A stretch of DNA of 64,000 bases from Candidatus Levybacteria bacterium RIFCSPHIGHO2_01_FULL_40_16 (GTDB lineage Bacteria > Patescibacteriota > Microgenomatia > Levybacterales > UBA12049). The stretch lies in NCBI GenBank assembly GCA_001783805.1, contig MFNS01000001.1, forward strand, positions 192,649-256,648, in the 5' to 3' direction. Shown here in pieces: positions 47,503-56,483 of this stretch. How positions within the stretch are numbered: position 1 is the first letter of the stretch; the number at the start of each line of letters is the position of its first letter. The notes under the pieces are model-generated. The model made no database searches and was not told where the DNA came from. It saw only the letters and a list, made by a program, of their open reading frames with translations. A program made the translations under genes and the position numbers.

Positions 47503-47721
47503 CTCAGTTGGCTAGACCTGCCCGCAATTGCCTGGAGCCGATAGCGACTGGCAGGCGGGGCGCGCGGTTTGGCCCGCCTGACTTGAAATGACGGGGTGTA
47601 GTTCATCGGTAGAACGCTCGGTTTGGGACCGAGAAGCAACAGGTCCAATTCCTGTCACCCCGACAAGTCATTTCGGGCAGGGACCGTGAGGTCGGAGGTT
47701 CAAATCCTCTACCCCCGACCA
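47493..47721 (+). ncRNA. split tRNA-like gene: 5' half (acceptor CGGGGGT plus D-arm, 47493-47518) and 3' half (47675-47721: variable region, canonical T-arm GGAGG-TTCAAAT-CCTCT, acceptor ACCCCCG-A-CCA) separated by about 155 nt that contain a GC-rich repeat and a complete tRNA-Pro
   Basis: The outer 5' and 3' acceptor strands are perfectly complementary (7 bp) and a 7-bp CCTGCCC/GGGCAGG helix closes the insert; the 3' half resembles the tRNA-Pro 3' end (…GGTCGGAGGTTCAAATCCTCT…ACCA). Confidence 0.4.
47592..47663 (+). tRNA. tRNA-Pro (anticodon TGG) nested in the split tRNA-like locus; atypical T-loop TCCAATT
   Basis: CGGGGTG/CACCCCG acceptor (C1-G72), loop TTTGGGA; flanked by inverted repeat GAAATGA / TCATTTC. 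Confidence 0.65.
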
Positions 47722-47807
47722 AGTTGAGTTTTTATGTGCTAAAATTGAAGTAGTTTACTTCGGATAATTAAAGCGGGCCTGCCCGCCGAAGTTCCGAAGG
47801 AACGTAG

Positions 47808-47878
47808 GCGGGTGTAGTTTAATGGCAGAACACGACTTTTCCAAAGTCGATACGAGGGTTCGATTCCCTTCACCCGCT
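47808..47878 (+). tRNA. tRNA-Gly (anticodon TCC)
   Basis: GCGGGTG acceptor, loop TTTCCAA, T-loop TTCGATT; preceded by a compound GC-rich hairpin (47757-47803). Confidence 0.85.
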
Positions 47879-47931
47879 CAGACACGAAAGGTATTGACAT
47901 ACTCCGATATATATGTCTTACTAGTATAAAG

Positions 47932-48001
47932 ACCCGCCAACGCTCGCGTTTCGGCCTTCGGCTCGACGAAGTTAGTCTACGGCCAGACGAAGTCGGCGGG
48001 C
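47932..48001 (+). promoter_or_regulatory. structured GC-rich 5' leader (ACCCGCC...GGCGGG closing helix) immediately upstream of the RBS of the DUF378 gene
   Basis: About 70 nt with internal hairpins, followed by AAGGAGGTGA-N5-ATG; same termini and about the same length as the leader at 61212-61283. Confidence 0.4.
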
Positions 48002-48018
48002 AAGAAGGAGGTGATAAC

Positions 48019-48204
48019 ATGAAAACGCTTCAGCAAATAGCAAATGTACTCGTCATCGTAGGAGCACTCAATTGGGGATTGGTCGGACTTTTTAGTTATA
48101 ATTTGGTCGAATCTCTTTTGGGTGGACTTGGACTTGCCCAAATAACATACATTTTGGTCGGTTTATCCGGCGTATTGGCATTGGTAAACTGGGGAAAAAA
48201 GTAA
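48019..48204 (+). CDS. DUF378-family small membrane protein
   Basis: VGALNWGLVGLF signature, two TM helices, strong RBS. Confidence 0.6.
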   Translation: MKTLQQIANVLVIVGALNWGLVGLFSYNLVESLLGGLGLAQITYILVGLSGVLALVNWGKK

Positions 48205-48285
48205 ATCCGAAAGGTTTTACTGATATTGATAAGGTTTTATTCATCCCGGGATGAGATAGTTTAAACATATAGAAAGCTAGGGTAA

Positions 48286-49254
48286 TTGAAAGATGAAAAT
48301 CTTGTGTTTTTTTTGTTTTATATTAGGTATATGAGCATAATGAATTTAGATGAAGATGTCCTCCTTACTTTAGATTTTTTTACTAAAAATAAGCCACCGA
48401 CATTAGACATAAATAGATTTAAATTGCCTTTCGTTGTTGGTTCTGGAAACGCATACAACGCAGGAACAATTATATTCTCCAATATCGCTGCGACATTTGC
48501 CGATGAAAGCAATTTTAGAAAAACCGTAACTTCATTTGGAAACGCTATAAAAAAAGGCCTTATGAAAGATACCGTTGTAATATCTGCATCCGGAGGAAAA
48601 GATTCTGTTTGGGAAATTGAACTGTCCAGACAACACGGCCTTAAAACAACTTTATTAACTACAAAAGCAGAATCCGGAGCAGCCAAGATAGCCGATGAGG
48701 TCATCACCTACAAGTCGATTGCAGAACCTTATACTTATAACACTTCTACATACATGGGCATGGTGCTTGGATCAACGTGCGAAAACCCCTTAAAAATTAA
48801 AGAATTTATAGGAGAACTTAAATTTCCTGACGCTTTTGCTGATTATAAGGGATATACTTTCGTTCTTCCGGATAAGTATATGCAAATTTGCCCAATGCTG
48901 GAAATTAAAAAGAGCGAATTATTTGGACCTCACGTTTCCTTAAGAGCGTTTAGTCAAGGACACGCCAGACATGCTAAATTCGTAGTGAGATCTTCCGAAG
49001 AGTTAGTTATTTCCTTAGATCAAAAGAATGAGTATTTTGGAGATCCGAGCCATAGATGGGACATTGATCTGCCTGAAAATTCAAATTTCGCAATGATAAT
49101 GGCTCTTACTTATTATATTATAGGCAAAATCCAAGCTTCAAAGCCGCCATACTTTAAAGAAAATATAGGTAGGTACGTTAGCGAAGACGGCCCACAAGCA
49201 TACGGACAGAATACGAAACCTTTTGAAATAATTGTTCCGGGATCTGAAGCCTAG
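48286..49254 (+). CDS. hypothetical protein, possibly SIS-domain sugar-phosphate isomerase-like
   Basis: Weak similarity only (VISASGGKDS...); start probably at an internal Met. Confidence 0.3.
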   Translation: MKDENLVFFLFYIRYMSIMNLDEDVLLTLDFFTKNKPPTLDINRFKLPFVVGSGNAYNAGTIIFSNIAATFADESNFRKTVTSFGNAIKKGLMKDTVVISASGGKDSVWEIELSRQHGLKTTLLTTKAESGAAKIADEVITYKSIAEPYTYNTSTYMGMVLGSTCENPLKIKEFIGELKFPDAFADYKGYTFVLPDKYMQICPMLEIKKSELFGPHVSLRAFSQGHARHAKFVVRSSEELVISLDQKNEYFGDPSHRWDIDLPENSNFAMIMALTYYIIGKIQASKPPYFKENIGRYVSEDGPQAYGQNTKPFEIIVPGSEA

Positions 49255-49445
49255 CGGAGGATTTTGCGTTTGTTTAGCCTCATTTTTGATTTCACCCGGG
49301 CTTTTTTAGCTGAATCCTGTTCTTTCTGAAGCTTAATTCTGGCTTTGGTTCTTTTATCGATCGCTTTTTGACAAATCTCGTCCGGACATCTGTAAATTGT
49401 AGTCACTACCTTGGAAAAAGTATCCTTGGTTTCGGTTTTACCCAC
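49251..49445 (-). CDS. small basic protein, hypothetical
   Basis: 64 aa, K/R-rich C-terminus. Confidence 0.3.
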   Translation of the reverse strand: MGKTETKDTFSKVVTTIYRCPDEICQKAIDKRTKARIKLQKEQDSAKKARVKSKMRLNKRKILR

Positions 49446-49550
49446 AAAAATTAATCTTTTTCCACATTGACTACATTGGGGTAATTGTTTTTTTGAATTA
49501 GATATTCTCAGAGGCTACTATTATACCATATTTAGGCATATAATGTTTAA

Positions 49551-49859
49551 ATGATCAAATTTTTTGTGAAAGAAGCTGTAAATCTAAATGAAAAGATGCG
49601 GGGACTCATTGGCAAGGAACAGCCCTCCGCAATACTCATTAAAACTCATTACGGAATTCACACTTTTGGAGTAAAATTCCCAATTGATGTTTTAATTTTG
49701 AACAATGAAAATAAAGTTGTTTCAATGAAAAAAAATCTAAAACCTAACCGGATTTTCTTATGGAATCCGATGCATGAAAAAGTACTCGAATTGCCCGCTG
49801 GGACGATTGAAAAAGAACAAATAAAGATAAATATCCCTATTGACATCTCTATTTTATAA
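49551..49859 (+). CDS. DUF192 (COG1430) family protein
   Basis: GLIGKEQ...GIHTFGVKFPIDVLILNNENKVV family pattern. Confidence 0.5.
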   Translation: MIKFFVKEAVNLNEKMRGLIGKEQPSAILIKTHYGIHTFGVKFPIDVLILNNENKVVSMKKNLKPNRIFLWNPMHEKVLELPAGTIEKEQIKINIPIDISIL

Positions 49860-49877
49860 GCGCTACTATATTAGTTC

Positions 49878-50438
49878 ATGACGAAAGATACTAAATCAAC
49901 CGAAAAAGATGTCTGCCCTAAATGCGGAAGTTCACTGGCTGAAATAACCACTACCAGAACAGGGAAACAACTGCAAAGATGCTCAACCGGCTCATGGGAT
50001 CCCGACACTAGATCGAATGTTGGGTGTGATTATGTAAAATGGATTGAAGCCGAACCGCAAACTCTAGATGAAAAATGCCCAAAATGCGAAGCAAATCTTG
50101 TCCTTTCGGTTACCCGGTTTGGGAAGAAGATGAAAAAATGCTCTAAAGGCGGTTGGGACAGAGAAAAAAGAGTTGCCACAGGCTGTGATTATATCGAGTG
50201 GATTAATGGCACCAAAGAACCCCTTGATGAAGAATGTCCCCAATGCCAAAGCAAGCTGGTTTTATTCACTACCAATGCCGGGAAGAAGATGAAAAAATGC
50301 TCTACAGCCGGTTGGGACAGCAAAACCAGAACAGCCAGCGGATGCCCATATATCCAATGGCTTAAAGTCAGTGATTATCCTCAAATAAACAATAATGGAG
50401 GCGAGGAATTTTTACCACCGGAGCCGCAAGGAGAATGA
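49878..50438 (+). CDS. protein made of three tandem topoisomerase-type zinc-ribbon repeats
   Basis: Three repeats of CPKC(G/E)...L...T..GK.(L/M).(R/K)CS..(G/W)WD...R...GCDY..WI. Confidence 0.5.
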   Translation: MTKDTKSTEKDVCPKCGSSLAEITTTRTGKQLQRCSTGSWDPDTRSNVGCDYVKWIEAEPQTLDEKCPKCEANLVLSVTRFGKKMKKCSKGGWDREKRVATGCDYIEWINGTKEPLDEECPQCQSKLVLFTTNAGKKMKKCSTAGWDSKTRTASGCPYIQWLKVSDYPQINNNGGEEFLPPEPQGE

Positions 50439-50852
50439 TTAATTAGCCAGTAATTCTTCCACAATGTTTTTATTTTGTGTGAAAAAAAGATCCGTAGAAG
50501 TAGCCAATTGGAGCTTATTTAATTCTTTTAAATCAAAAAATTGTAATTCTTGTCCTTCCGCCCGTTCAATAAGATTCACATTGTTATCCGTTAATTTCCC
50601 ATGATAAAAATAGGTATTTTTATTATCGGAGGGAGCAATCAATAGAAGCTTAACGTCGTTAATTTTTATATTCATATCCTCTTTTATGCACCTTGCAATT
50701 GTCTTTTCGCAGGACTCGTTACTGCCTTTTTCTCCTCCGATCATGCACCATGTTTTTTGTAGCCCCGAATTAAAAACATAATTTCTGATCATTAATAATA
50801 TTTTTTCTTTATAGGTTAAGAGGATTAAACTTTCATTGAGTTTGCGGATCAT
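50439..50852 (-). CDS. Nudix hydrolase
   Basis: Nudix box GGEKGSNESCEKTIARCIKEDMNI (GX5EX7REUXEEXGU). Confidence 0.6.
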   Translation of the reverse strand: MIRKLNESLILLTYKEKILLMIRNYVFNSGLQKTWCMIGGEKGSNESCEKTIARCIKEDMNIKINDVKLLLIAPSDNKNTYFYHGKLTDNNVNLIERAEGQELQFFDLKELNKLQLATSTDLFFTQNKNIVEELLAN

Positions 50853-50926
50853 ATTTTAATTATACCACTTTTATCTCTGCAACAGTGGTTAAAGAATTAA
50901 AATTCTACCAAACTGCTTGACGCGGT

Positions 50927-51415
50927 TTATTTTTTTCGGGCTCCCGACAAATTTTCTAAGGCTTTTAGAACGCCGTCTGCGCCGGGATTTATACCGATAG
51001 GCGAGATGTATCCCCAAGCGATTTTTCCAGCTTTGTCAATTAAATAAAGCGACCGTTCGGACACTCCGTCTTCCTCATGATATGAATTGTAAAGTTTGGA
51101 AACTCTTCCCTTAGGATTAAAATCCGAAAGTAAAGGGAAGTGCAAATTTCTTTCTTTGGCAAAAGCCAAATGACTCCAAACATTATCAACTGAAATTCCC
51201 AGCATGACTGCCTTGTATTTTTTGAGCTCGGACAGGATCTCATTGAAAAGCATCATTTCGCCGCCGCACACGGGACTGAAATCTGCAGGATAAAAAGCTA
51301 AAATTACCGGTTTACCCGCAAAATCGGACAGGGAAACGGTTTGGTCCGGTGTTACTTTCAAACTGAAATCAGGCGCTTTTGTACCTTTTTTTAATGGTTC
51401 CTTATGTTCTTTCAT
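50927..51415 (-). CDS. peroxiredoxin (AhpC/TSA family)
   Basis: FYPADFSPVCGGE peroxidatic Cys motif. Confidence 0.8.
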   Translation of the reverse strand: MKEHKEPLKKGTKAPDFSLKVTPDQTVSLSDFAGKPVILAFYPADFSPVCGGEMMLFNEILSELKKYKAVMLGISVDNVWSHLAFAKERNLHFPLLSDFNPKGRVSKLYNSYHEEDGVSERSLYLIDKAGKIAWGYISPIGINPGADGVLKALENLSGARKK

Positions 51416-51954
51416 TCCTTAATCACCTCCCTCGCCCACAATGTTTCCTTTATTGCCCTAAGTAACAAATCCAATTCATATGACTCATCAAAACGCGCGC
51501 CGTTAATATAAAAAGTGGGCGTACCGTTGACCCCGCTTCTGACTCCTGACATAAAATCATTTTTTACTTTTTTTATTATTTCTTCCGATTCGATGTCTTT
51601 ATTAAATTGCGCAATATCTAATTTTAGATTCTTTGCATAAGAAAGTAAATCCTGATTATCTAATCTCTCCTGATTTTCAAAAATCAAATCATGCATTTCC
51701 CAAAATTTTCCCTGTTTTCCTGCCGCTTCCGCAGCAGAAGCCGCGCGGAAAGCATGCGGGTGAATTTCGGAAAGGGGAAAGTTGCGGAAAACAAATTTCA
51801 GCTTGTTTCCCTCTATTTTTTGAAGTTCATTAATTATCGAATATGCTTCTTGACAATCCGGACACTCAAAATCTCCATATTCCACCAATGTAACCGGCGC
51901 ATTTTCTTTTCCCTTAGCGTGATCCTTCTTACTTACCGGAATAGTTAGTTTCAT
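51412..51954 (-). CDS. DsbA-like thiol-disulfide oxidoreductase
   Basis: DFECPDC CxxC motif in a thioredoxin fold. Confidence 0.7.
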   Translation of the reverse strand: MKLTIPVSKKDHAKGKENAPVTLVEYGDFECPDCQEAYSIINELQKIEGNKLKFVFRNFPLSEIHPHAFRAASAAEAAGKQGKFWEMHDLIFENQERLDNQDLLSYAKNLKLDIAQFNKDIESEEIIKKVKNDFMSGVRSGVNGTPTFYINGARFDESYELDLLLRAIKETLWAREVIKE

Positions 51955-51966
51955 ATAATTAATAAT

Positions 51967-52281
51967 CTATCGGGCAAGAAAGACTAAAAGGATAATTGCG
52001 GCAAAAGTAATTATTGAAAGGAAAACTAGGGTATAAGTTAGCAATGATAAAGCTTCTTTTTTACGGCCGTCAATGTACATTTGCGCGGGCTTGCCAAAAA
52101 TCAAAAATCCGGTCATTGCTGCTGAAAATACAAAAAGCAAAAGTAAGGTGATAGGAGCAAGAAAAGTATTTACTCTTCCTATTTTTATGGCAGAGCCGTA
52201 ATACATAAAACTCCCAACCGCAATCACATATAAAGCCGTAAAAATGGAATTAACTAAAGCGGTTTTCTTAATCTCCTTCAT
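51967..52281 (-). CDS. small membrane protein, hypothetical
   Basis: Three TM helices. Confidence 0.3.
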   Translation of the reverse strand: MKEIKKTALVNSIFTALYVIAVGSFMYYGSAIKIGRVNTFLAPITLLLLFVFSAAMTGFLIFGKPAQMYIDGRKKEALSLLTYTLVFLSIITFAAIILLVFLAR

Positions 52282-52289
52282 AAAATTAT

Positions 52290-52714
52290 GATAGCAAATT
52301 TATGCCCTCTTAATCCTTCCTTTGTTTTTAATTCTGTAAACGATATCTACTTCTGCTTTCAAATTTTCTACCACATCTCTTACAATTGGAGACATCATAC
52401 CAAAACGTACTTCGCCAACTGTAAATTGTCTTCCCACATAATCTATCCTATTTCTTACGTCTTCTGCTGAAAACGAGTGTCGGCGTAACTTTCTCGTTGA
52501 TTTTTTTTATTTTTTCAAGTAGGTCGCCAGCCGATTTTACCGGGGTAGCATTGGTAGTATCGCTTTCTATTCCCGGATTCATACTCGTGAGCTTTACGGG
52601 AATATAATCCTTAAGTAAATCCGTAAAATCCGCTGTTAATCTGCGCCGCTCGTCAGCAAGCGGTTTCCGGTTTTCAACCACACTACTTAGACGAGCTACC
52701 TGTTCCTTTGTCAT
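52290..52714 (-). pseudogene. possible frameshifted gene: ORF 52448-52714 continues in another frame to 52290 across a T8/T6 homopolymer (about 52505-52520)
   Basis: Two adjacent same-strand reading-frame segments separated at a homopolymer run. Confidence 0.25.
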
Positions 52715-52864
52715 ATTTTCGCCCTTATTATACCAAATCTGTCAATTTCTGCAATTTCAACCTAAAAAATATTATTTTTACACCTATTCTCCTATATGTT
52801 ATAATCCGTTTTAGCTATACTAAATTGAGATAATTAGAGAAATTGATTTAAAGTGTGAATTATT

Positions 52865-53704
52865 ATGAATCAAATCGAAAATGGTGTATCAGTAAGGAGA
52901 GGGAGATTAAATACTCTAGAATTTGTAGATAGAAAAACAGTTCGTAAAACTAGTATTCTTCAAGAGACAACCAGACCACACCGCTTAAAAATAGAAGCTT
53001 GGGCTATTTCTGAAGCAAAATCCCGCGGCGTTAATGCACCAACTATTGTAGATTTTTATCAGAACAATAGGGGACAAGAAGTTCTTATTTTGGAAAGGAT
53101 TGACGGTAAGACTCTTTCACATTGTTCACTCCGAGAAAATGCTTCAAGCATGATAAGTGTGGGGGAACAAATGAGCCTGCTTGAGAATATTTCAAGCAAC
53201 TATGGCTGGATTGATCCCCAGACAATGACGGGGAAGAGCAAGGATTGGAAAATATTTCTACTATCGTATGCCCAAACATATGGGAATAGACTTGTCAATG
53301 AGGGCATAATTAGCAAAAAACATCTACAACACATATCTAGTGGAATTCAGGACACCGATTTAAGCACCTCTCCCTATTTAGTTCATAGAGATATAAAATT
53401 GGACAATCTTATAAAAGATAAGGATGGAAAAACATGGATCCTTGATTGGGAAAATGTAATACTAGGAGATCCCCTCTATGACCTTGCAATTTTTGGATTG
53501 ACTCATAAAGATATCCTGTGGGAAAATCTTGCTATCACCAAAAGGACTACGTACGATCCTCAAAAATATTCTATTTATGAAGCAGTTGCATTGATAGGAT
53601 TGATTGATTTTTGTCGAAAAAATAAAATTGACTTTATCGGAAGACAAAGACAATTCCATGATGCAGTTAATCGATTCGCTTTTTCTTCAAAACTGCATGA
53701 TTAA
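52865..53704 (+). CDS. aminoglycoside/choline-kinase-like phosphotransferase (APH family)
   Basis: VHRDIKLDN catalytic loop and ILDWE motif. Confidence 0.6.
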   Translation: MNQIENGVSVRRGRLNTLEFVDRKTVRKTSILQETTRPHRLKIEAWAISEAKSRGVNAPTIVDFYQNNRGQEVLILERIDGKTLSHCSLRENASSMISVGEQMSLLENISSNYGWIDPQTMTGKSKDWKIFLLSYAQTYGNRLVNEGIISKKHLQHISSGIQDTDLSTSPYLVHRDIKLDNLIKDKDGKTWILDWENVILGDPLYDLAIFGLTHKDILWENLAITKRTTYDPQKYSIYEAVALIGLIDFCRKNKIDFIGRQRQFHDAVNRFAFSSKLHD

Positions 53705-53724
53705 TAAAATTAAAAAGATCAATT

Positions 53725-55887
53725 ATGATAAAAGTCTCAGTAATTATAATTTCTTATAACAACCTTCATTGCCTAAAAAAAAACTTAGATAGTTTAACTA
53801 ATCAAACCTACGATCATAATGACATCAAAGTAGAATCTATGATAGTAGATAGTGGCTCGAAGACAGATTCGTTAAGAGCTCTACAAAAATATAAGGATAG
53901 GATAAAAATAATTTTAAAACCGCAATTTCTCTCTCGTCTTAGCCCCGCTGAAGCTAGAAATATGGGCGTTCGGAATTCAACTGGAGACATCCTAATCTTT
54001 AGTGATGCAGATTGCATTTTACCCCCTGCTTGGATACAAGACATAGCTGAATGTTTTAAAAACCCAGAGATTGACTGCGTTATGGGATCCCGAGAACCAG
54101 ATAAAGGACAAGGGCTGGGAACTATTATTAGGCGATTCAGCTTCATTCTGTATTCAAACAAATTTAGCATCCAGGAGTCCACGATAATTAACCAGAAGAA
54201 CCTAGATAAAGGCGAACCGCTTATTTTATTAAGTGGAAATAACTTTGCGATTAAAAAGAAAATATGGCTTAAGCTCGGTGGTATGAAAACCATTTTTAAA
54301 AACCCGGCAGGAGAAGATGTAATGCTGGAAAATGATCTGATTAAAAATAGCTATACAATTCTGTTCAATCCATTTATCAAAATTATTCACTTCCACCCAA
54401 TTTCTTTAGTAAATTTATTTAAAAAATGCATATATGGCGGAGAAGCAAGTTACGTTATTAGCAGATATCCAGATAGCTTAATTAGCTACAAATATTTTAT
54501 AGAACGTGGTCACCTTTTATCGTTTGGCACTTTCATTTTTATCATATTATTCATAATTTTTGCTACGTCAATGATTGTTTTAGATAAAATATCTTTTCTT
54601 TTTATATTATTTATTTTGTTTCTACTGACATCCACAGTCACATTTAGACTGATTAAACTTAAAAAAAAATTATCAGCAATTTTAATTACAAAAGGAAAGC
54701 AATATGAAACCAAATATAGTCTATCTACATTCCAATTGTCTTATTTTGGCTTAATTCATTTTATTGCAAAAACTATAACCCTCATAAGCTTCTTGAGATG
54801 CTATCTGTTTGACGGTCTATCTACACTTGATCTTCTTTTGAAAAACAAAAGCAATGACTATACGAGAGAAGCAAGGCGATTTCACAAAAAAACAGGACTA
54901 GACCTTCTTAGGGGACATGATAAGAATGTGCGAATTACTACGAGTTGCAGCATAATAATCCCTTTTTGCAATAATTATTTTTTCTTAAAAAAAAGTTTAC
55001 GCGCACTTTGCAATCAAATATTTCCAGTCAATTTTAAATTAAGCAAGATAGAAATAATTATTATCAACGACGGATCGCCTATTTGTTTAGAAAAACTCGT
55101 GACGCAGGCTGCAAAAGTTTATTCAACGACTTATTTGAAGCTGAAAAAGAATTACGGCGCTGCTACTGCTAGGAACTTAGGTTTACTTTATGCAAAAAAC
55201 GAGGTAGTCTTTTTTTTAGATGAAGATATGGTAGTCCCTAATGACTTCATTGTCAGCCATCTATTGAGACATATTTTCTTAAAAGATTGCATAATAGTCG
55301 GCTTCCGCCAAAACATTAGTTTAAGGAATCTTAATTTACGCACAAATCGTCTGGATAAAATTATTGCCGTTACCCCTAATTACAAAAATGATTTTAGATA
55401 TAAAAGATTTGTTCCTCAAGAATGGTCTGGCATTTATAGAAATGTCCCTGTCGATAATTTCAACAAAGAATATTATCCTTTAATAAATAGTAGATTTTTT
55501 AGAGACTATGGGAAAGGGAAGCTTATTGGGGTTTGGGATCTCCCATCAATGTTTTTGTCATGCAATGTTAGCGTACGAAGGAGACATATTACAGAATTAG
55601 GAGGATTTGACATGAGGTTTAAGAATTGCGGAATGGAAGATGTCCACTTGGGGGCAAAATTAATCGCTAAGGGTTTATATCTTATACCAAACCTCCATGC
55701 TACAGCTTATCACCTAGTTGATGTTGATTCTAATAGTAAGCAGAGAACGTCAATTGCAGACTATGAGAGAAAACTTGACTTATATTACAACCTGAGAAAT
55801 GAGGCATTGATTATCTTTAAGCGCAATCAGTGGCTAAAGCAAATGAGAAATTATTTTGCAAATAAGTTTGACGTTATTTACTCGTAA
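53725..55887 (+). CDS. tandem family-2 glycosyltransferase (two GT-A domains separated by TM helices)
   Basis: VSVIIISYNN...DSGS and CSIIIPFCNN...INDGS DXD-type motifs. Confidence 0.75.
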   Translation: MIKVSVIIISYNNLHCLKKNLDSLTNQTYDHNDIKVESMIVDSGSKTDSLRALQKYKDRIKIILKPQFLSRLSPAEARNMGVRNSTGDILIFSDADCILPPAWIQDIAECFKNPEIDCVMGSREPDKGQGLGTIIRRFSFILYSNKFSIQESTIINQKNLDKGEPLILLSGNNFAIKKKIWLKLGGMKTIFKNPAGEDVMLENDLIKNSYTILFNPFIKIIHFHPISLVNLFKKCIYGGEASYVISRYPDSLISYKYFIERGHLLSFGTFIFIILFIIFATSMIVLDKISFLFILFILFLLTSTVTFRLIKLKKKLSAILITKGKQYETKYSLSTFQLSYFGLIHFIAKTITLISFLRCYLFDGLSTLDLLLKNKSNDYTREARRFHKKTGLDLLRGHDKNVRITTSCSIIIPFCNNYFFLKKSLRALCNQIFPVNFKLSKIEIIIINDGSPICLEKLVTQAAKVYSTTYLKLKKNYGAATARNLGLLYAKNEVVFFLDEDMVVPNDFIVSHLLRHIFLKDCIIVGFRQNISLRNLNLRTNRLDKIIAVTPNYKNDFRYKRFVPQEWSGIYRNVPVDNFNKEYYPLINSRFFRDYGKGKLIGVWDLPSMFLSCNVSVRRRHITELGGFDMRFKNCGMEDVHLGAKLIAKGLYLIPNLHATAYHLVDVDSNSKQRTSIADYERKLDLYYNLRNEALIIFKRNQWLKQMRNYFANKFDVIYS

Positions 55888-55926
55888 TCCTACTTAGATT
55901 CGCCAAATTTTACTTTTTAGTTAGTG

Positions 55927-55997
55927 CTGCGGGACTAGGAATCGGACCTAGATTAGAGGATCCAAAGTCCTCCGTCCTACCATTAAACGATCCCGCA
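55927..55997 (-). tRNA. tRNA-Gln (anticodon TTG) with U1-A72 and G73; atypical T-loop TCCGATT
   Basis: TGCGGGA/TCCCGCA acceptor, loop CTTTGGA. Confidence 0.7.
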
Positions 55998-56089
55998 ACG
56001 TAAAATTTGCACCCGCAAATCACGTTGCTGGCCAAGTCAGGCTTGGCCGCAATATTCAAAATTATATCATAAAGTCGAATTTTGATATA

Positions 56090-56482
56090 ATGAACAGTAT
56101 GACTGAAATATTAAGGAATCAAAATCTTGTCAAAATAGATCTTGAATTAATAGATGAATTAAATGTTTTCTATCTGGAATATTCAAGAAAAAGAGGCTTT
56201 CCTGATGCATTTTGTACCCAAATTAGTCACGACGTAGCTAACAATTTAAAATTAGACTATCAAGAAGGTACCTTCCGACTAGACAAACCAAACAGAAGTG
56301 GAATCACTAATCCAACATATGCATGGTGTACGGACGCGGATAAAATTATTATAGATCTAACACTCCATCAATTTAAGCCTTATTTAAATCCTGATGTTAA
56401 AATTTTTATTGGAGGTCCTCATATTATACGTCCCAACCAACCTCTTTATAAAAGATATTCACCCCTTAATAAACTTCATTAA
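56090..56482 (+). CDS. hypothetical protein
   Basis: 130-aa ORF. Confidence 0.3.
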   Translation: MNSMTEILRNQNLVKIDLELIDELNVFYLEYSRKRGFPDAFCTQISHDVANNLKLDYQEGTFRLDKPNRSGITNPTYAWCTDADKIIIDLTLHQFKPYLNPDVKIFIGGPHIIRPNQPLYKRYSPLNKLH

Positions 56483-56483
56483 G

